Shown here: piece by piece, positions 9,454 to 18,159 of the stretch
How positions within the stretch are numbered: position 1 is the stretch's first letter
How the letters are laid out: the number at the start of each line of letters is the position of its first letter
Assembly: GCA_963739305.1 (NCBI GenBank)
Contig: CAVTZU010000017.1
Location: 1-64,000, forward strand
From: Candidatus Bathyarchaeota archaeon
GTDB lineage: Archaea > Thermoproteota > Bathyarchaeia > Bathyarchaeales > Bathycorpusculaceae
Direction: 5' to 3'
DNA: 64,000 nt
Program-made: the position numbers and the translations under genes
Notes under the pieces: model-generated
Seen by the model: only the letters and a program-made list of their open reading frames with translations
What the model was told of the DNA's origin: nothing
The model's database searches: none

Positions 9454-10170
9454 ATGAGTCGGAGTTTAGGGTTCTCGGCGTTGTTTGTTTTCTCTATTTT
9501 GACAATTTCCTTTTTCGGTTCATATGGATGTTGGTTTGCGGGAGCAAACGCTAGTGTTAGTGGGCTTCCTCCGATGAATTTGGCAGTTGTCGGGGTCAAT
9601 GGCACCGAGGTTGTCGTGTTGAATGAAACTGGTATCGCATCGTTGCCTTCTTATTCGGGTTGTGGCGGTTATGAGAACCAAATCGGGTTGGTGAAGGAGT
9701 ATGGCAACTATACGGGTGTGTCTTTGTGGACTCTTTGTAGCTTGGTTGGGGGGTTGACGAACACGAGTGTTGTGAAGGTGACGGCAGCGGATAACTACAC
9801 GATGAACTTCACGTATGCTCAGGTTCAAGGCGAATTTTTAGCCTATGACATAGCAACTGGGCTACCGACAAATCACACTCTACCATTCGTGCCGATCATT
9901 GCGTACTATCTCAACGGTTCCAACATTCCTTCAGCTGAAGGTCCACTCAGACTGGCCATAGTTAGTCCCGAAGGATACGCGACACCATCGGCTTACTGGG
10001 TAAAAGAGGCGATTCGGATTGAGATCATCGAAACCAGCGTCCCAGAGTATCCTCTCGCGGCCTTTCTGCTATCATTTCTGTTGACGTCTTTGGCGACGAT
10101 GTTGAGCTTGAAGGTTCGTGGCATTGGGCGACGAACCTCTTGTCTTCCTGCGCATTCTTGGAAAAAGTAG
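9454..10170 (+). CDS. Secreted/surface protein with molybdopterin-oxidoreductase-like domain and VPEYP+TM C-terminal anchor
   Basis: Signal-like N-terminus; YTGVSL, TAADNY, IIAYYLNG, GPLRL, WVK motifs; PEF-CTERM-like tail. Confidence 0.7.
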   Translation: MSRSLGFSALFVFSILTISFFGSYGCWFAGANASVSGLPPMNLAVVGVNGTEVVVLNETGIASLPSYSGCGGYENQIGLVKEYGNYTGVSLWTLCSLVGGLTNTSVVKVTAADNYTMNFTYAQVQGEFLAYDIATGLPTNHTLPFVPIIAYYLNGSNIPSAEGPLRLAIVSPEGYATPSAYWVKEAIRIEIIETSVPEYPLAAFLLSFLLTSLATMLSLKVRGIGRRTSCLPAHSWKK

Positions 10171-10245
10171 TTTCTAATGGGTTTCAGAACACGTTTTCTT
10201 GCGAGCCTTCTTTTTGCTGTTATTTCCGCGAAAGGTCTTTTTGTG

Positions 10246-10800
10246 CTATTTGCCTATCATTACTTCTGTTGCTTTTATGATCGCTTCTACGGTGTCACCG
10301 ACTTTGATGTTCAAGTCTTCAACTGCTTCCGTTGATATGAGTGCCGTCACAACAGCTGGCACGGTTATCTCAACTTTGACCTTTGCGGTTATGCTGTCTT
10401 TTTGCACGGCCGTGACTTTGCCTTTCAATCGGTTTCTCGCGCTAATTTTCACTCCTTTCACCTCCAAATGTCTCTTGTTTGACAAGACTTGGCTCAAGCC
10501 GTTTTCGACCAGCTCGTATTTGTTCAGGAGGCTGGTTCCAAGTTTCGTTAGCCTTGCTCCCCCGCCGCCTGATTTGCCGCCTTTGAACGTTTCCAAGACC
10601 GGATTGCCCAGTGTTCTTTCTATGTTTTTTGCGTAGCCCCAGACGTAGCGGTAGGACATGCCGAGCTCTTGTGCAGCCTTCGAGATTGAACTGTGCTTTT
10701 GAATGCTCATTAGGATTTCTGCTCCGCCTTCGCCGAGAATCGGTTTCCCTTTGTATTCTAGCCAGACTTTGAATGAGGTTTTGAGCTTGTCTTCGGACAT
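10246..10800 (-). CDS. modE: ModE-family Mo/W-responsive regulator (HTH + TOBE)
   Basis: SISKAAQELGMSYRYVW, GGKSGGGARLT, C-terminal SARNRLKG mop/TOBE domain. Confidence 0.9.
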   Translation of the reverse strand: MSEDKLKTSFKVWLEYKGKPILGEGGAEILMSIQKHSSISKAAQELGMSYRYVWGYAKNIERTLGNPVLETFKGGKSGGGGARLTKLGTSLLNKYELVENGLSQVLSNKRHLEVKGVKISARNRLKGKVTAVQKDSITAKVKVEITVPAVVTALISTEAVEDLNIKVGDTVEAIIKATEVMIGK

Positions 10801-10824
10801 TGGTTTCAGTTGTGTCGCGGAAGC

Positions 10825-10862
10825 TTTATATGTTTACTCAATATGTATGACGAAACATAACG
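10825..10862 (+). promoter_or_regulatory. TATA box and putative ModE operator of the tup operon
   Basis: TTTATA at 10825-10830; imperfect palindrome CAATATGT-N8-ACATAACG (10839-10862) abutting the tupA start; resembles ModE boxes. Confidence 0.6.
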
Positions 10863-11858
10863 GTGAAAAGAATGAAAGCATGGCAAAAAATACTGTCAGC
10901 AGCCGTCATAGCGACAATCATAGTTATTTTGGGTACAATGGCTTACTTCCAATTTTCTCCAACAACACATCTAAGAATATCAACCACAACCAGTCTGTAC
11001 GACACCGGACTGCTAGACCAAATAAAAACCCAATATGAATCAAACCACAAAGTCTCGCTTGACATAATTGCCCAGGGAACTGGACTGGCACTCGCAAGCG
11101 CAGGAGCTGGGGACGCAGACGTTGTTCTAGTTCATGCGCCATCATCCGAATATCCTTACTTAGCCAATGGCACATTAGTGTGCAGAAAGATCATTGCCTA
11201 CAATTACTTCGCCATAGTTGGACCAAGCTCTGACCCAGCTAAAATTACCGGCAAAAACGCGGCAGAAGCGTTGAAAAGTATACTAGCATATGGGCGAAAC
11301 CAGACAAGTGGAACAATAGTGTGGGCGTCACGAGGAGACAATTCTGGCACCTTCACAAAAGAGGTCAGCTTGTGGAAGTCAGCAGGCTACAATCAGTCAA
11401 AAATCTCCACAGAATCTTGGTACGCTAGCACGGGCTCAGGTATGGCTCAAACGCTTTCAGTAGCAAACCAAAAAGATGCATACACACTTACGGACTTAGG
11501 CACCTACCTTTCATTGTCGCATGGTGGTACGATCACGCTTGCGCCTCTAATTTCTGGCTCCGACTATTCATTACTTAACGTCTACAGCATTTATGCAGTA
11601 AATCCGCAGAAAATCAGCAACGTCAGTTTCACTGAAGCCATAGACTTCATAAAATGGATGATATCCGATACGGGTCAACAAACCATAAGCAACTTTGGAA
11701 CAGGCAACTATTCACAAAGCCTGTTCTACGGTGCGGTTCAACCTCTCAAGAACAATAGTCCACAGCCAGACGTTTCATGGATTAAGACTTACGCCTTCTT
11801 CAACAGCACAGAATGTCCCACACAATATCAGGACGACCATTCGGAGCTATACCCCTAG
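10863..11858 (+). CDS. tupA: Tungstate ABC transporter substrate-binding protein
   Basis: TTTS motif (STTTSLYDTGLLD), GTG, VHAP, SRGDNSGT; N-terminal anchor. Confidence 0.9.
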   Translation: MKRMKAWQKILSAAVIATIIVILGTMAYFQFSPTTHLRISTTTSLYDTGLLDQIKTQYESNHKVSLDIIAQGTGLALASAGAGDADVVLVHAPSSEYPYLANGTLVCRKIIAYNYFAIVGPSSDPAKITGKNAAEALKSILAYGRNQTSGTIVWASRGDNSGTFTKEVSLWKSAGYNQSKISTESWYASTGSGMAQTLSVANQKDAYTLTDLGTYLSLSHGGTITLAPLISGSDYSLLNVYSIYAVNPQKISNVSFTEAIDFIKWMISDTGQQTISNFGTGNYSQSLFYGAVQPLKNNSPQPDVSWIKTYAFFNSTECPTQYQDDHSELYP

Positions 11859-11869
11859 GAACAAAATGC

Positions 11870-12589
11870 ATGAACGAAATATTGGACGGCATTATTCGCG
11901 CTTTACAAATGATCTTCACAGGTGACCCCACTGTGTGGGGAGTGGTCTTGCGTTCCCTCTTTTTCTCAGGAGTAGCAACCATACTTGCGGTGCTTTGGGC
12001 AACACCAATCGCGATGTTGATAAGCTTGAAAGATTTTCGCGGCAAATCAATAATAAAGAGTTTCTTCAATGCCATGATAGGAATGCCCACTGTAGCATTG
12101 GGTTTGATACTTTTCTTATTTTTCACGAAGGCAGGTCCATTAGGGTTTCTTGGGTTGCTTTTCACACCTGGCGCCGTTATCTTGGGTGAGGCTGTGCTTG
12201 TGACCCCGTTGATAGTTAGCATTGCGACAAACGCCATTGAAGCTGTGGACCCAGAAATGTTGAATCTCGCGAGGACTCTGGGAGCTTCGGAATCTCAAGC
12301 TTCGATCGCTGTTTTGAAGGAAGCATTCAACGGGATCATCTTTTCTAACGTTGCCGGATTCAACAGAGCCATCGCAGAACTGGGTGTTGCTTTGATGGTC
12401 GGTGGAAACATAGCGGGGTTAACTGATGTTCTAACAACTGACATTTCAAAGTTCACGTCACGGGGAGACTTCGCTATCGCAATAGCGCTTGCAGTCATTC
12501 TTCTCGTAATAGTCTTTGGAATAAACCTAATAATCATAATAGCTAGGAACCCAAAGGTTCTCCTAACTCTAGGCAGGATGCCTCAATAA
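11870..12589 (+). CDS. tupB: Tungstate ABC transporter permease
   Basis: Hydrophobic; GPLGFLGLLFTP, ARTLGAS, MVGGNI; operon context. Confidence 0.9.
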   Translation: MNEILDGIIRALQMIFTGDPTVWGVVLRSLFFSGVATILAVLWATPIAMLISLKDFRGKSIIKSFFNAMIGMPTVALGLILFLFFTKAGPLGFLGLLFTPGAVILGEAVLVTPLIVSIATNAIEAVDPEMLNLARTLGASESQASIAVLKEAFNGIIFSNVAGFNRAIAELGVALMVGGNIAGLTDVLTTDISKFTSRGDFAIAIALAVILLVIVFGINLIIIIARNPKVLLTLGRMPQ

Positions 12590-12624
12590 GTACGAATCAG
12601 AGATTAAGATGGTCGCAAACCTAA

Positions 12625-13686
12625 ATGACGTCGATTGCCGAGTTGGAGAATCTGACCCTACTCTTCGGGAAAAGAGTCGTCCTTGATGATATCACGCTCC
12701 AGATTGAAGAAGGTCAAATATTAGGCTTGTTGGGGCCAAACGGTTCAGGAAAAACCACTCTGTTGAAAGTCTTAGCGTTTCTTCTTAGACCCACAAAGGG
12801 CAAGATCATTTTTCAACGCGAAGAAGTTGGTAATAAAAATCTGGAGCGCCTGAGGCTACAGAGCGCGCTAGTTCACCAGAGAACGCTTCTTTTTAGCACT
12901 TCAGTGTTTAACAATGTCGCTTACGGTTTGAGGATGCGGAAAATTCCAAAGGTCATGATTGAACAACAAGTAAAAGACGCTTTGAAGCTTGTGAAGTTGG
13001 AGGGTTTCGAGAATCGCAGTGCAAAGAAGCTTTCAGGAGGAGAACAGCAGCGGTTGGCTTTGGCCAGGGCTTTGGTACTTAAGACCAAGCTTCTTCTTTT
13101 GGATGAGCCTACGGCTAACTTGGATCCGAAAAATGCTTCGATTATTGAGGACATAATCGTTGCCGCTAATAGGGAACTGAAGACAACAATTGTGATGGCT
13201 ACTCACAACATGTTGGCAGCTAAAACATTGCCAAACAGAATAGCTCTGATAGACAATGGACACATAACCGAAGTAGAGTCGGCGGAGAACATTTTTAGAA
13301 GGCTTTCGAGAAACCTGGCAAGCTTTGCTGCAGTTGAAAATACCTTTAAGGGAACTGCAAGATTAACCGATGCTGGGATGGCAATCGTCGATATTGGGAA
13401 TGGTACTCAGATAGAAACTACCTTCAATAAGCAAGGTTCCGTTTCCATTTTCATCAGTCCTCAGGAAATAATTCTCTCCAAAAAGCCCCTAGAATCCAGC
13501 GCTAGAAACGTGCTTAAAGGAAAAATAACTCAAATTTCAGATTTGGATTCTGTTGTAAAGCTTACTGTTGATGTGGGGAAACCTTTTGTGGTTCAGATAA
13601 CGAAGCGGTCTTTCGGTGATATGTCACTTAATTTGGGAACTGAGGTTTTTACAACTTTTAAGGCATCAAGTGTTCAAGAAATCTAA
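12625..13686 (+). CDS. tupC: Tungstate ABC transporter ATPase with TOBE domain
   Basis: GPNGSGKT, LSGGEQQR, LLLDEP, SSARN TOBE domain. Confidence 0.88.
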   Translation: MTSIAELENLTLLFGKRVVLDDITLQIEEGQILGLLGPNGSGKTTLLKVLAFLLRPTKGKIIFQREEVGNKNLERLRLQSALVHQRTLLFSTSVFNNVAYGLRMRKIPKVMIEQQVKDALKLVKLEGFENRSAKKLSGGEQQRLALARALVLKTKLLLLDEPTANLDPKNASIIEDIIVAANRELKTTIVMATHNMLAAKTLPNRIALIDNGHITEVESAENIFRRLSRNLASFAAVENTFKGTARLTDAGMAIVDIGNGTQIETTFNKQGSVSIFISPQEIILSKKPLESSARNVLKGKITQISDLDSVVKLTVDVGKPFVVQITKRSFGDMSLNLGTEVFTTFKASSVQEI

Positions 13687-13735
13687 GCGGTTTTCTTGCC
13701 TCATTTCAGTTTCAGAAATTATGGCTAAGGGAACA

Positions 13736-13745
13736 GCGCGCGCGC
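13736..13745. repeat. Alternating (GC)n junction motif
   Basis: AGCGCGCGCGCT palindrome, intergenic. Confidence 0.8.
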
Positions 13746-13872
13746 TAAACTTCCCACCTGATCTTTCACCGTAAATTGTCGTTTTAGATGTTTATCTTCT
13801 ATCATGGAAATCTTGGTGGACTGTTTTTATACGAGCTTGAAGTATCCATCAGGGAGAACAAGGCAGTACCCA

Positions 13873-14508
13873 ATGACACTCATCATAGATGATGCGGGTA
13901 GCGGCGACCTGCTTTTCGGCGTGGTTATAGCTGCATTTCGTGATGAGACCCAAGAATTCAGATATGATCTTATAGGCGTGGAATTTTTCCAGTCCAGCCG
14001 TTTCTACCAAAAAGAGTATCTATTCCAATCCTCAAGAATTGTGTCCCAACTAATCGTTGGATTGAAAATCAAGTCAAGAGAAGAAATCCACATTTGCAAG
14101 AGCTACATCTTTGATGAAGCTGTAGACGATTTGCGAAGGACCTACGGTGATGACCGAGTTCACAGAGTTGAAGTGACTGGTGAACCACAGAGACTTGCAG
14201 AAATAGCTTACCTCGACGAGATAAGAAACTTGGGTTATGAACCCATAGTCGATCGAGAAGACAAAAGGGCACAAAGCTTCTTCCACATGATGCGTTGGTT
14301 GGAAGAAAATCCAGAAAGGCTGAGATACGCCAAGACTGGTTGGCCACGCCTGTCAAGATACCGTCTATTCAAATCCTATGATCAGAGCAATATGTACAGT
14401 GCAGTCTGCACTGATTGCGGGAATAAATGCGAAGTTCCATTCAAGCCTGACCAAAATAGGCCAGTTTACTGCCAGGCATGTTGGACAACACGGAGACCCT
14501 CTCGATAG
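13873..14508 (+). CDS. Hypothetical protein, RNase H-like N-terminus fused to a CxxC-x17-CxxC zinc-binding domain
   Basis: IIDDAGSGDLLFGVVI resembles the RNase HII DEAGRG motif; C-terminal CTDC-GNKCEVPFKPDQNRPVY-CQAC. Confidence 0.7.
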   Translation: MTLIIDDAGSGDLLFGVVIAAFRDETQEFRYDLIGVEFFQSSRFYQKEYLFQSSRIVSQLIVGLKIKSREEIHICKSYIFDEAVDDLRRTYGDDRVHRVEVTGEPQRLAEIAYLDEIRNLGYEPIVDREDKRAQSFFHMMRWLEENPERLRYAKTGWPRLSRYRLFKSYDQSNMYSAVCTDCGNKCEVPFKPDQNRPVYCQACWTTRRPSR

Positions 14509-14850
14509 ACACATCAGCTGAGGATTAAGGGATCATACAAGGAATCCTTGGCATACGCCCCTAGATACGACCCGACCTTTCTCTGTTGATGGTTTTCTAG
14601 CTGGGAAAAAAGTTTCCGCTCAAACAGATCGAATTTCCTTTTCCCAGTTAACGCTTTCGTTCCTACTGACTTTTAAGTGAGAGAAAAAAGGGGATTGTGC
14701 GGGAGATATCTCCATTGAGACCACCTAAGGCTTTAGTTGATAGCACGTGGAGACACAGACCTCTACCGCCACTGACACAACCCCATTTTTCTATCTTCCA
14801 GTGGAATAGAAGTGCTTTCTTCTGTAGGCTACGACTGCCAGTAGTGTTGT

Positions 14851-14859
14851 CGCGCGCGC
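14851..14859. repeat. Alternating (GC)n junction motif
   Basis: CGCGCGCGC 14 bp past the stop of the next (minus-strand) gene. Confidence 0.8.
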
Positions 14860-14873
14860 TTCGTATTTCATGC

Positions 14874-15203
14874 CTATTCCTTCCTAGCCCGCGCCGCACC
14901 AAGTTGCTTAAAAAGCTCCTCCTTCAATTCTCGTTCAACAGAAACTGAAGATCCCAAGTCAATGACTAAAATCGCCAAGACGACACTCCTGACGTATTTT
15001 CTTATTGTCTTCCATTCATCTGCTTCAATGGGTCTTGGAGCCATGATAAACTCTCTGACTTTTGGCAAGAGATGTTTAGGAACTGGAATACGTTTTCGAC
15101 ATTCATGTTCTCTTGATTCCAGTTCTACCTTATCTTCACCATAGTGAATTATCACATCAAGGCGAATGCTTAGAGCTCTGCGTATTACATCGGACTCATT
15201 CAT
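14874..15203 (-). CDS. Hypothetical protein (single-gene module between GC motifs)
   Basis: Protein-like charged composition; fills the segment between two (GC)n motifs. Confidence 0.55.
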   Translation of the reverse strand: MNESDVIRRALSIRLDVIIHYGEDKVELESREHECRKRIPVPKHLLPKVREFIMAPRPIEADEWKTIRKYVRSVVLAILVIDLGSSVSVERELKEELFKQLGAARARKE

Positions 15204-15236
15204 ACCTTTGAAGACTCTCCATGGTAAACACATAAA

Positions 15237-15245
15237 GCGCGCGCG
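15237..15245. repeat. Alternating (GC)n junction motif
   Basis: GCGCGCGCG; GCGCGATAAA occurs at both 15241 and 15269. Confidence 0.8.
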
Positions 15246-15347
15246 ATAAAGTTTTATCCCCCTTTTTTGCGCGATAAACTTTACAAGCTTGTCCCTGATT
15301 CAGGGAGCGTTGCAGAGGCGATAGTCATCGACGGGCGCGAATTTCTA

Positions 15348-15902
15348 ATGACGGGAGCACTTCAGGTAGTCAAGACACTGAGGCTTTACAGATTTCTGAG
15401 CATCCTTAGTACTGAGCATCAATTCAGTGACTATTTCAGGGGTTTTGAAAAAGTTGAGGCTGTTCGCAGAATTTTCGGCGACAGGACTGAGCAGGTGCTT
15501 CACGGTTTGAAAGTTGAGTTCCTTTGGGCAGGAGGCTACATGGGAGTTAACAGCGCAAACGGGCATCTTATGGCAAATCCCAATTACTTGAACAAAGGGG
15601 ACAAAACAGACATCTACCTAGACATAATTCACGAACTCGTCCACGTGAAGCAGTTCATGGAGGGAAAAGACTTGTTTGACACTCATCACAGTTACACTGA
15701 GAGATCAACCGAGATAGAAGCCTACCGATATGCTGTTGAGGAAGCTAGAAGATTGGGTCTTAGTGACGCAAGAATATGCGAGTATCTCAAAACCGAGTGG
15801 ATGAGTGAAAAGGAGTTGAATCAGCTCGCATCTACTGTTAATGTTCACTGCAAACAAGTACAGAACATGCAAAAACAGGGCATCAGCAAACCAGATTCTT
15901 AG
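15348..15902 (+). CDS. Hypothetical HExxH zinc-metallopeptidase-like protein (start uncertain)
   Basis: IIHELVHVKQ followed by EIEAY. Confidence 0.7.
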   Translation: MTGALQVVKTLRLYRFLSILSTEHQFSDYFRGFEKVEAVRRIFGDRTEQVLHGLKVEFLWAGGYMGVNSANGHLMANPNYLNKGDKTDIYLDIIHELVHVKQFMEGKDLFDTHHSYTERSTEIEAYRYAVEEARRLGLSDARICEYLKTEWMSEKELNQLASTVNVHCKQVQNMQKQGISKPDS

Positions 15903-16127
15903 CTCATTTTCAATTACGGGATTTTGCCTGCAAAGCGTGGATGATAAGAAGACGCGATGAGCTATGAACGCATTATCGGGGGTAATCACATTAGCTACTA
16001 CCGTAGACCAAAGAGATATGGAAGCCTGAAGGCATAAGAGAAAGTATACCACCTAAACGCCGAGTTCATTCACCTAAGGCTTTATAAAGGGTATTTAAGC
16101 ACTTGAGTAATAAGAAGAGGGTGCCGG

Positions 16128-16688
16128 ATGCCCAAGAGCAAGGCCATCATAAAAATCGAAAACGTCGTTGCCTCTGCCACGCTCAATCAAAAGGTTGACT
16201 TGAACGCCGTGGTGAAAAGCTATCCGGGAGTCGAATACCGTCCGGAACAGTTCCCCGGCCTAGTTTACAGGCTCAAAAGGCCGAAGACTGCTACGTTGAT
16301 TTTTAATTCTGGGAAAATGGTCTGCACGGGCGCAAAATCTGAAAAAGAATCCCGTAGAGCCGTTATGAAAGTCGTGAAAGAGCTCAAGAAAGGCGGCATA
16401 ATAATCATAAGCAAGCCTGAACTGAAGATACAGAACATCGTTGCCTCAGCAAGCCTCGGAGGAATGATAGACCTCGAGAAAGCCGCCTACACGCTTGGAA
16501 AAACGATGTACGAACCCGAACAGTTTCCAGGCCTGATCTACAGGATGGACGTGCCTAAAGTTGTTATACTCTTGTTCGCGAGCGGGAAGCTCGTGTGCAC
16601 CGGAGCAAAGAAAGAACAGGACGTTTTCGACGCGGTTCACAAGCTCCACAAGATTCTGGAAGAGCAAGAACTAATATTCTATGAATAG
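16128..16688 (+). CDS. tbp: TATA-box binding protein
   Basis: Two repeats of NVVAS/NIVAS...YxPEQFPGL...GKxVCTGAK. Confidence 0.98.
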   Translation: MPKSKAIIKIENVVASATLNQKVDLNAVVKSYPGVEYRPEQFPGLVYRLKRPKTATLIFNSGKMVCTGAKSEKESRRAVMKVVKELKKGGIIIISKPELKIQNIVASASLGGMIDLEKAAYTLGKTMYEPEQFPGLIYRMDVPKVVILLFASGKLVCTGAKKEQDVFDAVHKLHKILEEQELIFYE

Positions 16689-16702
16689 ACTCTTGTCTTT
16701 TT

Positions 16703-17333
16703 CTATCTCTTCTTAACCTGCTTCAGAATCGTTTTCAACTGTTCCTCGTCGATCGAGCCCAAGCTCATGCATAGTTTTAACGACCTCCGTGATGTTGAGC
16801 AATGCATGAAGCTTGATACCGTTCTTTTCCAGCTTTTCTTTTCCGCCTTCCTGCCGATCTATCAGCACAACCGCATCGGTGACCACTCCGCCTTCAGCCG
16901 TTATCGCCTTCGCAGTTTTCAGCAACGAAAGTCCGGCCGTGACCAGGTCGTCGATGAGCAGCACTCGGTTTCCAGGAGCGATCACGCCTTCAATTCTCCT
17001 TTCCCTTCCATGGAGGCGAGCTCCCTTCCGAACGTACAGAAACGGTTTCTTAAGATTAAACGAGATAATGGATGCAAAGGGAATCCCCGCGACTGGGATA
17101 CCGGCTATCCTGTCGATTTCTTCCAACCCGACCTCAGTCTTTATGAACTTCACATAGAAATCGCAGATTTTCTCAAAGGCATCTGGAAAGCTCGGCACGA
17201 TTCTTAAGTCAATGTAGTAGGGGCTGAGCTTTCCACTGGTCAGTTTGAACGCACCAAACTTCAGGGCTCCGATGTGGTCCAGGACCTTGCAGGTCTCGAT
17301 TTTTATGTCTTCAGTCTTCTTTCCTGAGGGCAA
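16703..17333 (-). CDS. pyrE: Orotate phosphoribosyltransferase (apparent +1 frameshift near 16760 in the C-terminus)
   Basis: FKLTSGKLSPYYIDLR, PRPP motif LLIDDLVTAG; alternative frame gives IDEEQLKTILKQVKKR*. Confidence 0.92.
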
Positions 17334-17336
17334 GTG

Positions 17337-18029
17337 TCATGCCTTCTTCGAAACTTGGTAGATCTTGCCGGTTTCAGGTATCAAACAGGTCATTCTGGGC
17401 AGTTCTTTCTTCAGGAGTTCAGCGAATCGCTTCTGATCGGCGGCTGAACCTGTGTGATAGGGCACCGCAACCTTCGGCTTCGTCAGTCTAGCAATGTCAA
17501 CGCCGGCCTCAGGCGACGCGCCCGGCGCGATACCGACGGTGCAGAAGACCATATCCAACTTTTCCCTTTCGCCAACGTCCACCATCTCAGGAAATGGCAG
17601 ACTATCCGCAGTGTGAAAAACGTTTACGCCATCCTCGCTGGAAATCAAATAAGTCACTGGCGTGGAGGCAGGCGGATGATTACTCTTCTCAACCTTCAAC
17701 TTAACTTCGCCGACCGAAACCTCTGAACCAGGCTGAACTTCCTGAAGCTTCTCCGCGGGAATCGCATTCTTCAACCTTTTTGCCGAAGTCGGATCAGCTA
17801 TTACTGTACATTGAGTAAGTTTGTGAAGCTCAGCTATGAGAGGCTGGTCCAGGTGGTCGTAGTGTTCATGAGTCACCAGAATCACGTCAATCGTCTTGAA
17901 GTCACGAGGCTTCACGTCTACAGGATCTATGACCAACGTCTTCGACGGGGTTTTGATAGTCACTCCAGAGTACTTGTTGAACCACACGAAAAAGATCTCA
18001 TTCTTTGACGGAGTCCTACTAATCGACAT
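17337..18029 (-). CDS. Metallo-beta-lactamase fold hydrolase
   Basis: VIDP, THEHYDH, HTADS, PYH. Confidence 0.88.
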   Translation of the reverse strand: MSISRTPSKNEIFFVWFNKYSGVTIKTPSKTLVIDPVDVKPRDFKTIDVILVTHEHYDHLDQPLIAELHKLTQCTVIADPTSAKRLKNAIPAEKLQEVQPGSEVSVGEVKLKVEKSNHPPASTPVTYLISSEDGVNVFHTADSLPFPEMVDVGEREKLDMVFCTVGIAPGASPEAGVDIARLTKPKVAVPYHTGSAADQKRFAELLKKELPRMTCLIPETGKIYQVSKKA

Positions 18030-18159
18030 GCTTGATTCCTCGATTTTGATAATTAGCAGCCTTGAGTCTTAAGAACTTATGCACGCGTGGCAGTGACGGC
18101 AAAGTAATTATGCCTTCTACCCCTATACTTCACAATTCTTACACAGGCGGTGCAGACAT

